60,944 nucleotides of DNA, taken from contig JBFJHJ010000018.1 of assembly GCA_041613315.1 (NCBI GenBank), forward strand, positions 1 to 60,944, written 5' to 3'. The translations under genes were made by a program, and so were the position numbers. Shown one piece after another: positions 42,304 to 50,255 of the stretch (position 1 is the stretch's first letter; the number at the start of each line of letters is the position of its first letter). Source of the stretch: Gemmatimonadales bacterium (GTDB lineage Bacteria > Gemmatimonadota > Gemmatimonadetes > Gemmatimonadales > GWC2-71-9). The notes beneath the pieces are model-generated. The model searched no databases, was not told the DNA's origin, and saw nothing but the letters and a program-made list of their open reading frames with translations.

Positions 42304-43500
42304 ATGAGTGATCGGTATTTCCGCAAGGGCTTCGGGCTCAAGCAGGCGATCGCCGGGACCCTTGCCGATGACTACCACAGCCAGCTCGTGGAGCGCGTCC
42401 GACAGCAGGGCGACCTGTTGGCGGTCGGCGATCTCACCTTCCGCCTCGCGAAGGAGTTCGGTTTTTGCTACGGGGTGGACCGCGCGGTCGAATACGCGTA
42501 CGAGAGTCGTACCAAGTTCCCGGACAAGCGGCTCTTTCTCGTCGGCGAGATCATTCACAACCCACACGTCAACGCCCGACTCGAGGGCATGGGGATCACC
42601 ATTCTGGGGCCCGGACCGGAGGGGCAGTTCGATTTCGCGGGCGTGACGTCCGACGACGTCGTGATCATTCCGGCGTTCGGGGTCCGGGTGGCCGACTTCA
42701 CACGCCTGCGGGCCCTGGGGTGTGTGCTGGTGGACACGACGTGCGGGTCGGTGCTCAACGTGTGGAAGCGCGTGGAGCGGTACGCGAAGGACGGCTATAC
42801 CGCCATCGTGCACGGCAAGGACTTTCATGAGGAGACGAAGGCGACCGTCAGTCAGGTGAGCAAGTACGACGGCGGTAGGTATCTCATCGTGCGGGACATG
42901 GAGGAGACGGAGCTGCTCTGTCGCTTCATCGTGGGCCGGCCGGACGCCTCGGCCATGGAGCAGACCTTCCGGCACAAGGTGTCGGACGGATTCGACTTCA
43001 CGCGCGACCTCGTCCGGGTCGGCGTTGCCAACCAGACGACGATGCTCGCGTCGGAGTCCCTGGCGATCGGTGAGCGGGTCGGGCGCGCCCTCGCCGAACG
43101 CTATGGGGTCGACCACCTTGAGGAGCACTTCCGCACCTTCGATACGATCTGCTCGGCAACGCAAGAGCGGCAGGACGCGATCGAGGAGCTGATCCGGGAA
43201 CCGCTGGATGTGATGATCGTCATCGGTGGTTACAACTCCAGCAACACCAACCACCTCGCCAAGATCTGCGCAAAACGCGTGACCACCTACCACATAGCGG
43301 ACGCGTCGTGCATCGAGCCGACGACGGAGGTGATTCGCCACAAGCCGGTGGACACGCAGGAGGAAGTCGCTCACGAGGGGTGGTTGGGGGACGGACCCCG
43401 AACGATCGGCATCACGGCCGGAGCTTCGACCCCCAACAACAAGATCGGGGAGGCCGTCGAGCGGATCTTGGAGATGCGAGGGCTCGTGGTGCCGGCGTGA
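42304..43500 (+). CDS. ispH: 4-hydroxy-3-methylbut-2-enyl diphosphate reductase
   Basis: FGFCYGVDRA, EIIHNP, DTTC, HEET, NQTT, DTICSATQERQ, SSNT, TAGASTP. Confidence 0.95.
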   Translation: MSDRYFRKGFGLKQAIAGTLADDYHSQLVERVRQQGDLLAVGDLTFRLAKEFGFCYGVDRAVEYAYESRTKFPDKRLFLVGEIIHNPHVNARLEGMGITILGPGPEGQFDFAGVTSDDVVIIPAFGVRVADFTRLRALGCVLVDTTCGSVLNVWKRVERYAKDGYTAIVHGKDFHEETKATVSQVSKYDGGRYLIVRDMEETELLCRFIVGRPDASAMEQTFRHKVSDGFDFTRDLVRVGVANQTTMLASESLAIGERVGRALAERYGVDHLEEHFRTFDTICSATQERQDAIEELIREPLDVMIVIGGYNSSNTNHLAKICAKRVTTYHIADASCIEPTTEVIRHKPVDTQEEVAHEGWLGDGPRTIGITAGASTPNNKIGEAVERILEMRGLVVPA

Positions 43501-46500
43501 TCACCCCCAGTTCTTCGAGTCGGGAGCGTTGCGGCGGAGATTCTTGAGAAAGGCGGTCGGGCGAACAGGTTGGGCGGTCATGAGTGCGCGGGCCCCCGCG
43601 GACCGCCCGGCCGCCTGACCGCCTGTCCGTCCGAGCTCCAGCGCTCGCACTTCCTCCGCAATGATGTTGAGTGTCCCGTCGTCCTTCGCGAGCGTCCCGA
43701 CAATCCAGAGGAATGGCTCGCCACGGATCGCGATGCGGTCCCGCTCGAACACCTTCGGGCGGACGATGGCATTGATCATTCCGGCCTCGTCCTCCATCAG
43801 CACGAAGGTGTACCCACGCGCTGTCTCGGGGCGTTGCCGGGCCACGACGAGCCCCGCCACCGCCACCTCGGCGCCGTGCGCCAGCTCGCCCAAGTGGTCG
43901 CTCCGGACGATACCGGACGGTAACGCGTCCCGCAGCAGGGAGAACGGATGGCTGCCCGCCGCGAACCCGAGCACCTGGTATTCCGCGACCAGCCGCTCGT
44001 CCGCCCCTACGTCACCGAAGCGGATAGTTTCGTACGGATGATTGAGCGGCAGCTCGAGCTGGCGGCGCATTCGGTGGTCGTGGGCGGGTTCCGTCTTGGG
44101 CGGGAGCCACAGGCCCACCTGCCAGAGGAGCTCGCGGCGGGTGAGCCCGAACGCGTCGCAGCCGCCGACCCAGACCAGATTCTCGATGGCGTCGCGTGAG
44201 AGCTTGGGCGGTGCACGGCGCACGTGGTCGGCGAGGCTGACGAAGGGCCCGTTTCGCTCCCGCTCGACCACGACCTCTTCCGCGACGTCCCACCCCCAAT
44301 CTCGGACGAACCCCAGTCCGACGCGTAAAGCGCCGCTCTCGACCGTGCAGTAGACGTCGCTGCCGTTGATGTCCGGAAGCCGGACCTCGACCCCGTGACG
44401 GCCCGCGTCGCGCCCCAGCGCGTCCAGCGAGTAGAACCCCATCGGTTGGTTGTTGAAGAGCGCCGAGTAGTACTCGGTCGGGTGGTAATGCCGGAGCCAT
44501 GCCGACTGATACGCCAGAAGGCCGAACGCGGCGGCATGCGACTTGGGGAACCCGAACTCGCTGAAGGCCACGACCTGCTCGAATACTTTCCGGGCGGTTG
44601 CTGCGGACACGCCGCGGGCGCGGGCACCGTCCAGAAAGTCCTTGCCGAACCCTTCCATCAACTCTCGGGAGCGCCGCCGGCTCATCGCACGCCGGAGCGC
44701 TTCCGCCTGGCCGGCGGTGAACCCCGCGAGTGCCTGGCACACCTGGAGTACCTGGTCTTGATAGACGATGACGCCGAGGGTGTCGGTGAGCGGCTCTCGG
44801 AGGAGGGGGTGGTCGACCGGGGGCGTGTAGGGCTCACGGCGTTCCCGCGCGTGGCGCTGAGCCTCACGCCGGCGCACGTACGGATTCACCGCGCCGCCTA
44901 CGATGGGGCCCGGTCGCACGATCGCCACCTCGACGGCGAGGTCCTCGAGGTTACGCGGGCGTGTACGGCGGATCATCTGGATCTGAGCGCGGCTCTCGAT
45001 CTGGAAGAGCCCCACGGTATCGCCGGCGCAGATTTGGTCGAAGACCGCCTCATCCTCGAAATCGATGCGCGAAAGGTCGGGCGGCACGCCTTCCTTGCGG
45101 GCGATGAGCTCGACGCACTCCTCGACGAGCGAGAGCATCCCCAGGGCGAGAAAGTCGATCTTGATGAATCGCGCGTCGTCGCAGGAATCCTTGTCCCACT
45201 GGCAGACGACGCGGTCGGGCATGGCAGAGCGCTCGAGGGGAACGAGCTCCACGAGAGGGCGGCTCGAGATGACCATCCCCCCCACGTGTTGGGAGATGTG
45301 GCGCGGGAGCCCGGCGATCTCCTCGGCGAGCTCGCACAGCTCGCGCCAGAGGGGGGCATCGACCTTGCCGGCGAAGCCGGGAAGCGTGTGGAGCTCGTCC
45401 CGGAGACCCCGAGCGGAGTGGTGCTGGGCGAGCTTTGCCACCTGTTCCAGCTCGCCCATCGGCAGGTCAAGGGCCTTGCCAAGCTCCCGTACCGCGGAGC
45501 GGAGCCGGTACGTGGGGAACGAGCAGACGAGCCCCACGTGCTCGTCGCCGTACCGCGTGTAGACGCGCCGGATCAGCTCTTCCCGGATCTCTCGAGGGAA
45601 GTCGAGGTCGATATCGGGAATCGATGCAAGGGTCTCGTTCAAGAACCGGCCGAGGAACAGCCGGTTGGCCACCGGATCGATGTGCGAGAGTCCCAGGAAG
45701 TAGCAGATGATGGACGAGACGGACGAGCCGCGGCCGCGGCCCGGGAGCAGGTTCCCGCTGGCGCGTCGTGTGCCGGCGCGGACGTCGGCCGCCACCTCCC
45801 GGGCGAGCTCGAACAGGTCGTGATAGACGAGGAAGAATCCGCAGAGCTCGTGGTGCGCGACGAGGCGGAGCTCTTCGTCCAGTCGACGCTCCGCTTCGGC
45901 ACGATGCGGCGAGCCCGCCGGGTAGAGCTGGTCGAGCTTCGCACGGCAGAGCTCGGCGAGAGCCCGCGGCGCGGTGCGCCGCTCGGCGCCGCGGAAGTCG
46001 GGAAAGATGTAGCCGAGGTCGCGCGTCAGGTCGAACGCGGCGCAGCGCTCGGCGATCACCACCGTATTGGCGATCGCATCGGGGCGGTCGCGGAACCGAG
46101 CGGCGGCTTCCCCCGGCGGCCTGAGGTAGAACTCGCTGTTGGGCTTGCGCAGGTCGTGCGAGGCGTCCAGCGTCGTGCGATGCCGGATGGCGACCATGGT
46201 ATCGTGGAGCCGCTGGCCCCCGCGCCGGTGGTAGTGCACGTCGCCCGTCGCCACCACGGAGAGGCCAGCGGCGTCGGCGACGTCGCACAGCACGCGCGTC
46301 AGGTCCCGATCGCCTCGCACGGCGTGCCGCTGCAACTCGACGAAGAACCGATCGCGGCCGAACACCGCGCGGCAGCGATCCGCGAGCCGCCGCGCCGCGG
46401 CGAGCCCCTCGCGCTCGAGGACGCTCGGTAGAAGGCCGCGCCGGCACCCGGAGAGTACGATGATGCCCTCGTGACGCGCCTCGAGCGAGGCGAAGTCGAG

Positions 46501-46815
46501 CCGCGGGTCCCGCCGGTCCTCACGCCCAAGGTGCGCTTCCGTCACCAGCCGACAGAGATTGGCGTATCCCACCGGCGTTTCGGCGAGGAGCGTCACGTGG
46601 GACCCGTCGAGCAGCGTGAGCTCGGTGCCGGTGATCGCCTGGAGCCCGATCTGCTTCGCCGACTGGGCGAACGCCATCGAGCCGTAGAGCCCGTGGTCGT
46701 CGGTGAGGGCGAGGGCGGGATACCCCAGCGCGGCCGCTTCCAGTGCGAGCTGCTCGGGCAGCGTGGTGCCGTTCAGGAACGAGAACGCCGAGTGACAGTG
46801 GAGCTCGATGTACAT
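43501..46815 (-). CDS. dnaE2: error-prone DNA polymerase III alpha (ImuC)
   Basis: PHP ELHCHSAFSFL, GRGSS, PDIDLDF, HVGG, QWDKD, KIDFL, FQIESRAQ, FPKSHA, RQRPETA; C-terminal SKNWG resembles the DnaE2 S(R/K)xF tail; follows imuB. Confidence 0.95.
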   Translation of the reverse strand: MYIELHCHSAFSFLNGTTLPEQLALEAAALGYPALALTDDHGLYGSMAFAQSAKQIGLQAITGTELTLLDGSHVTLLAETPVGYANLCRLVTEAHLGREDRRDPRLDFASLEARHEGIIVLSGCRRGLLPSVLEREGLAAARRLADRCRAVFGRDRFFVELQRHAVRGDRDLTRVLCDVADAAGLSVVATGDVHYHRRGGQRLHDTMVAIRHRTTLDASHDLRKPNSEFYLRPPGEAAARFRDRPDAIANTVVIAERCAAFDLTRDLGYIFPDFRGAERRTAPRALAELCRAKLDQLYPAGSPHRAEAERRLDEELRLVAHHELCGFFLVYHDLFELAREVAADVRAGTRRASGNLLPGRGRGSSVSSIICYFLGLSHIDPVANRLFLGRFLNETLASIPDIDLDFPREIREELIRRVYTRYGDEHVGLVCSFPTYRLRSAVRELGKALDLPMGELEQVAKLAQHHSARGLRDELHTLPGFAGKVDAPLWRELCELAEEIAGLPRHISQHVGGMVISSRPLVELVPLERSAMPDRVVCQWDKDSCDDARFIKIDFLALGMLSLVEECVELIARKEGVPPDLSRIDFEDEAVFDQICAGDTVGLFQIESRAQIQMIRRTRPRNLEDLAVEVAIVRPGPIVGGAVNPYVRRREAQRHARERREPYTPPVDHPLLREPLTDTLGVIVYQDQVLQVCQALAGFTAGQAEALRRAMSRRRSRELMEGFGKDFLDGARARGVSAATARKVFEQVVAFSEFGFPKSHAAAFGLLAYQSAWLRHYHPTEYYSALFNNQPMGFYSLDALGRDAGRHGVEVRLPDINGSDVYCTVESGALRVGLGFVRDWGWDVAEEVVVERERNGPFVSLADHVRRAPPKLSRDAIENLVWVGGCDAFGLTRRELLWQVGLWLPPKTEPAHDHRMRRQLELPLNHPYETIRFGDVGADERLVAEYQVLGFAAGSHPFSLLRDALPSGIVRSDHLGELAHGAEVAVAGLVVARQRPETARGYTFVLMEDEAGMINAIVRPKVFERDRIAIRGEPFLWIVGTLAKDDGTLNIIAEEVRALELGRTGGQAAGRSAGARALMTAQPVRPTAFLKNLRRNAPDSKNWG
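43551..43632. repeat. octamer-repeat palindrome within the 3' end of dnaE2
   Basis: AGGCGGTC GGGCGAAC..GGGCGGTC facing GACCGCCC GGCCGCCT GACCGCCT GTCCGTCC. Confidence 0.6.
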
Positions 46816-46834
46816 TGGAGGCAGGAGGGGGCAG

Positions 46835-46870
46835 GAGGGGCAGGAGGAAGATGCTGCCCTCCTGCCCCTC
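46835..46870. repeat. 13-bp perfect hairpin of GGCAGGAGG-type repeats just upstream of dnaE2
   Basis: GAGGGGCAGGAGG-N10-CCTCCTGCCCCTC; GCAGGAGG occurs three times in 46821-46847. Confidence 0.7.
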
Positions 46871-46893
46871 GTGCTCCCTCTGTGTCTCTCGGT

Positions 46894-47262
46894 TTAGGGC
46901 ATCTGCAGGAACCAGTTGCCGGTCGTGAGATCTTCGAACACCACGATGTGTCCGCCGCCTTCCAGCGCCACTTCGACGTACCGGCGCGAGATGGGCGCAC
47001 GCCACCATTCATCATCGATGCGCCAGGTTTCGAGGACTTCCGCCACCCGTTTGCTACTTCCCCTGGCGGCGGGGGAAAGCGTGTGCGCTGCCGCGCCTGC
47101 CGCTGGGGTGGGGTCGAACAGGATGGGGCGGCCGCTCGGATCGGAGCGCTCCTCGATCACTTTCGGCAACCCCCCCGCGTCCAGCGTTACGTCGACGCGG
47201 AGCGGAGCGTTCAGTACTCGAAGTCGATGAGCGCGTAGCGGCGTTCGGGAATGCGCGACCAT
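46894..47262 (-). CDS. small protein resembling the ImuB C-terminal / DUF6504-like domain
   Basis: LNAPLRVDV...RVAEVLETWRIDDEWWRAPISRRYVEVALEGG..VVFEDL..GNWF. Lies between imuB and dnaE2 and overlaps the imuB end. Confidence 0.75.
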   Translation of the reverse strand: MVAHSRTPLRAHRLRVLNAPLRVDVTLDAGGLPKVIEERSDPSGRPILFDPTPAAGAAAHTLSPAARGSSKRVAEVLETWRIDDEWWRAPISRRYVEVALEGGGHIVVFEDLTTGNWFLQMP

Positions 47263-48581
47263 GGTTGCACCTCGACGACGTGGTAGAGCATCGCGCGCTT
47301 GAGGCGTGTTTTGATCTCGCGCGCAGCAGTGTGCAGGGCGCGGCGCCGGCCGGCGCGGGCGGCGGCCTCGGCGTCGCGGGCGAAGAGCTGGAGCTCGTCG
47401 GTGCCGCGGGCGAACGCGACGAACTCGACGACGAGCCGCTCCACGGCTCCCTGGGGCGGCGACTGCTCCAGCCGGACTGTGAGTGGGGCCGCGATCCGGT
47501 CCCGATCCGCCGATGGGTCCTTCAAGGTGACCTCGGTGATCCAGGAGGCGCCTTGCTCGAGCGCCGCCCGGGCGCGCGCCACATGGACGCGCCAGCCACT
47601 CCGCCGTGGGTGCCTGAGGGCGCGATCCACGAGCCGCCGGATGGCGAGGGCGAGCATCGCCCGATCGGCCGCCGGGGCAGGGAAATCCATGGCGGCGGTG
47701 ATCGGCTCGGGACGTTCCCGGCCCACCACCGGCGCAGCGACCCCCCCTGCCGCGAGTTGCCACGCTCGCCGCCCCTCGCGGCCGAATTGGGAGACCAGCG
47801 CCGCTTCGGGAAGCTGGGCCAGCTCACCGAGCGTCGTGATGCCGAGTTGCCGGAGCCGGTGGTGCGTGTCGGCACTCACCGGCAGGACGGCGACGGGCTG
47901 GGTGGCGATGAACCGCTGCTCCTCTCCCTGCTTCACGATCAACGGCGCGTTGGGTTTGGCTCGACTGGCGGCAACCCAAGCGACGAACGTCCCGCGACCC
48001 CAGCCCAGGCGGAAAGGCGGTGGGGCGGAAAGGCGGTGGGGCGGTAAGACGGTCGGGCGGTAGGTATGCGCGCGATCGCTCTGCTCCGCTGCTTGCCCAC
48101 CTACCGCCATACCGCCCTCCCGCCCTTCCGTCCCTTCGACCGCCTGACCGCCCGACTGCCTGACCGCAGCGCTTACCGCGCGCAGCTGCCGCACCGGACC
48201 TCCGTACAGCCGTTCCAATCCGTCGGCTCCCACGTACACTCGTCCCAACTCCGCCGGCTCGATCACAGGGCTCACGTCCTCGAGCGCGATCAGCAGCCGC
48301 GTGAATTGCTCGTCGTAGTGGACGGGGTCGGGCTCGACGAGTGCGAGCGGAGGGCAGAGGCCGATGGCTTGGCTCACGGTCATGCCGGGCCGCACCCCCG
48401 CCCGCCGCCCGCCCGGTGAGACCTGCCACAGTCGCCGGATATCCTCAGGCAGGAGAACCGCCGCGGGCCGGCGAACCAACTCCGGCCGGCGTCGCTCCTC
48501 GCACCGGAGTGGGAAGAGCGGGATCCAGACGCAGATGGCGCACTCGGATTCGAGCGGTCGCCTGTGCAGACGGTTGGACAT
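47211..48581 (-). CDS. imuB: inactive Y-family polymerase ImuB
   Basis: CVWIPLFPL, AGVRPGMTVSQA, VSPVIEPAELG, LRQLGITTLGELA, QLFA clamp-like motif. Catalytic acidic residues are absent. Confidence 0.85.
   Translation of the reverse strand: MSNRLHRRPLESECAICVWIPLFPLRCEERRRPELVRRPAAVLLPEDIRRLWQVSPGGRRAGVRPGMTVSQAIGLCPPLALVEPDPVHYDEQFTRLLIALEDVSPVIEPAELGRVYVGADGLERLYGGPVRQLRAVSAAVRQSGGQAVEGTEGREGGMAVGGQAAEQSDRAHTYRPTVLPPHRLSAPPPFRLGWGRGTFVAWVAASRAKPNAPLIVKQGEEQRFIATQPVAVLPVSADTHHRLRQLGITTLGELAQLPEAALVSQFGREGRRAWQLAAGGVAAPVVGRERPEPITAAMDFPAPAADRAMLALAIRRLVDRALRHPRRSGWRVHVARARAALEQGASWITEVTLKDPSADRDRIAAPLTVRLEQSPPQGAVERLVVEFVAFARGTDELQLFARDAEAAARAGRRRALHTAAREIKTRLKRAMLYHVVEVQPWSRIPERRYALIDFEY
48007..48168. 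repeat. in-frame palindrome of tandem octamers inside imuB
   Basis: Seven RGRCGGWN units followed, after a loop, by about eight inverse NNWCCGCC-like units. Confidence 0.75.
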
Positions 48582-48588
48582 AGGGGAC

Positions 48589-48620
48589 CCGAATATATCC
48601 CGAAGATAGGGACTCCGCAA
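48589..48620 (-). promoter_or_regulatory. sigma70-type promoter of imuB overlapped by a candidate SOS box
   Basis: Minus strand TTGCGG-N17-TATATT; plus strand CCGAATATATCCCGAAGAT. Confidence 0.7.
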
Positions 48621-48662
48621 CCAGCGGGAGGCTGGCATCTTATGCTATTGTCACATATTGGT

Positions 48663-49820
48663 TTACGGTGATTCCCAGAGGCTGATTTGTGCCGCAAGCT
48701 CGCTACGTGCCGCCTCATCCGTCGTCGGCTGCTCGTCTTCGCCGTCTGTGTCCGGAATTCCGTAGCGGGCGGCGATCTGGCGGAATCGCCTCGTGAGGGC
48801 CCGGGTGTACTGCTCGGGCGCGTCGCGCCCGCGGCCGTACGCCGCCCGGTACCGCGGGGCGAGCTCCGGATAGTGCCGCTCTACGATCGGCAGGAACCGC
48901 TCTCGCGCCGAGTGGTAGAGCCGGAGCGGTACCGGATAGACGAACCTCGCGCCGGCGTGCCGTGCCGCCCGCATCAAGGCGTCGATCTCCCGAACGCCAT
49001 CGGTCACGCCGGGGAGGACCGGTGCCACGATGAGCCCCGCGCGGATGCCGGCGGCCGTGAGCCGCTCGAGCGCGCGCAACCGGGCATGCGGCATGGGCGT
49101 ACGTGCCTCGAACCGCTTGATCACGGGCACGCTGACACTGATGAGCGAGACGTACACGGTTACGTGATTGCGGCGCGCGGTCTCCAACAGCAGATCGAGA
49201 TCGCGGGTGACCAGGGGGCTCTTGGTGATGAGGCCGATGCGCAGGCGGCGCTCCCGGCTGAGCCGGTCGAGCACGGCACGTGTCACCTGGTACTGTCGCT
49301 CCGCCGGTTGGTACGGGTCGGTTGCCGTCCCGATCACGACGTTCTGGAGTCCATCGGTCACGAACCGGCGCCGCACCCGGCGCAAGTCTCGCTCGAGGGC
49401 GTCGAGCACCGACGTGCGCGCCTTGACGAAGATGCGGTGCTCGAACGACTCCAGGTCCCGTGGCCGACCCAGGTCGGCGTACTCGGCGTCGCTAACCGCG
49501 CCGCGGTCGTGCGCGCGCTCGACGACATAGTGGTGCGCGTAGCGGGCGTAGCAGTAACTGCAGCCGAATTCGCAGCCGACGTAGGGATTGATGGACCAGA
49601 AGCCCATCCCGGTCGATTCGGGCGGGTTGATGACGGACCGCACGCCGAGCTCGACGAACCGTGTGCCGCGCCGTCGCTCGTCCAGCACGGGGAGCGCGCG
49701 ACGCTCGCCCGGCGCGCCGGCGGGCAGGTGAGGCAAGGGGAATTGCGCCGGGCCGCGTATCGTGCACGCGGGGCTGTCCGGTGTCCGGACCGCGTCCACA
49801 CGCCGCATGCGCTCAGCCAC
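48663..49820 (-). CDS. radical SAM protein, SplB/PA0069-like DNA-repair family
   Basis: SINPYVGCEFGCSYCYA (CxxxCxxC), GTATDPYQPAE, TKS.LV.RD.D, APVLPG.TD. Confidence 0.9.
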   Translation of the reverse strand: MAERMRRVDAVRTPDSPACTIRGPAQFPLPHLPAGAPGERRALPVLDERRRGTRFVELGVRSVINPPESTGMGFWSINPYVGCEFGCSYCYARYAHHYVVERAHDRGAVSDAEYADLGRPRDLESFEHRIFVKARTSVLDALERDLRRVRRRFVTDGLQNVVIGTATDPYQPAERQYQVTRAVLDRLSRERRLRIGLITKSPLVTRDLDLLLETARRNHVTVYVSLISVSVPVIKRFEARTPMPHARLRALERLTAAGIRAGLIVAPVLPGVTDGVREIDALMRAARHAGARFVYPVPLRLYHSARERFLPIVERHYPELAPRYRAAYGRGRDAPEQYTRALTRRFRQIAARYGIPDTDGEDEQPTTDEAARSELAAQISLWESP

Positions 49821-50007
49821 AGCGGGCCCAGCCGCAGGCCGGACAGAACGTACATGCGGAGGCCCGAACCAAGGTGCTGCGGCATTCCGGGCACCTGGGC
49901 ATGCCGGGGGCGTCCGCGCCGGCCTGCTTCGCTTCGCTAACCCTCTGGCTCCGCTGGAGTTCGGGACGGTCGCCCTGCGTGCGATTCGGTGTCTGTTCGG
50001 GCGTCAT
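49813..50007 (-). CDS. small zinc-ribbon protein
   Basis: 64 aa ending CPECRSTLVRASACTFCPACGWARCG. The ATG is 7 nt after a TATATT box and the stop overlaps the radical SAM start. Confidence 0.7.
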   Translation of the reverse strand: MTPEQTPNRTQGDRPELQRSQRVSEAKQAGADAPGMPRCPECRSTLVRASACTFCPACGWARCG

Positions 50008-50042
50008 AATACCGAATATAACCCGAAGATCCCGACTCGCAA
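49984..50042 (-). promoter_or_regulatory. promoter with two candidate SOS boxes
   Basis: Minus strand TTGCGA-N16-TATATT; CCGAATATAACCCGAAGAT (50012-50030); inverted copy CCGAACAGACACCGAAT (50000-49984). Confidence 0.7.
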
Positions 50043-50255
50043 CGGGCGGGGTGATCGATCACGCGCTGACAGGTTTCTCACAGGACGGGTGTCCGGAGTC
50101 CAGGCGAGGCGGCCGATGGCCACCTCCGTGGCATTTGTGAGCAGGATTCGCCGTGCGGCGACTTGCCCGGCACGGGACACCGGGTGACATTGCGCGCGGC
50201 GTGCACCGCCGGCGACCCCTCGTCGGGTGCCTCTCATCACCGACGCGCAACGGAC

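Noticed and set aside
44395..46431. Long antisense ORFs (for example 678 aa opposite dnaE2, 734 aa at 31419-33623, 724 aa at 27966-30140)
   Set aside because: Shadow ORFs expected from high-GC codon bias; no motifs; the opposite strand carries clear genes.
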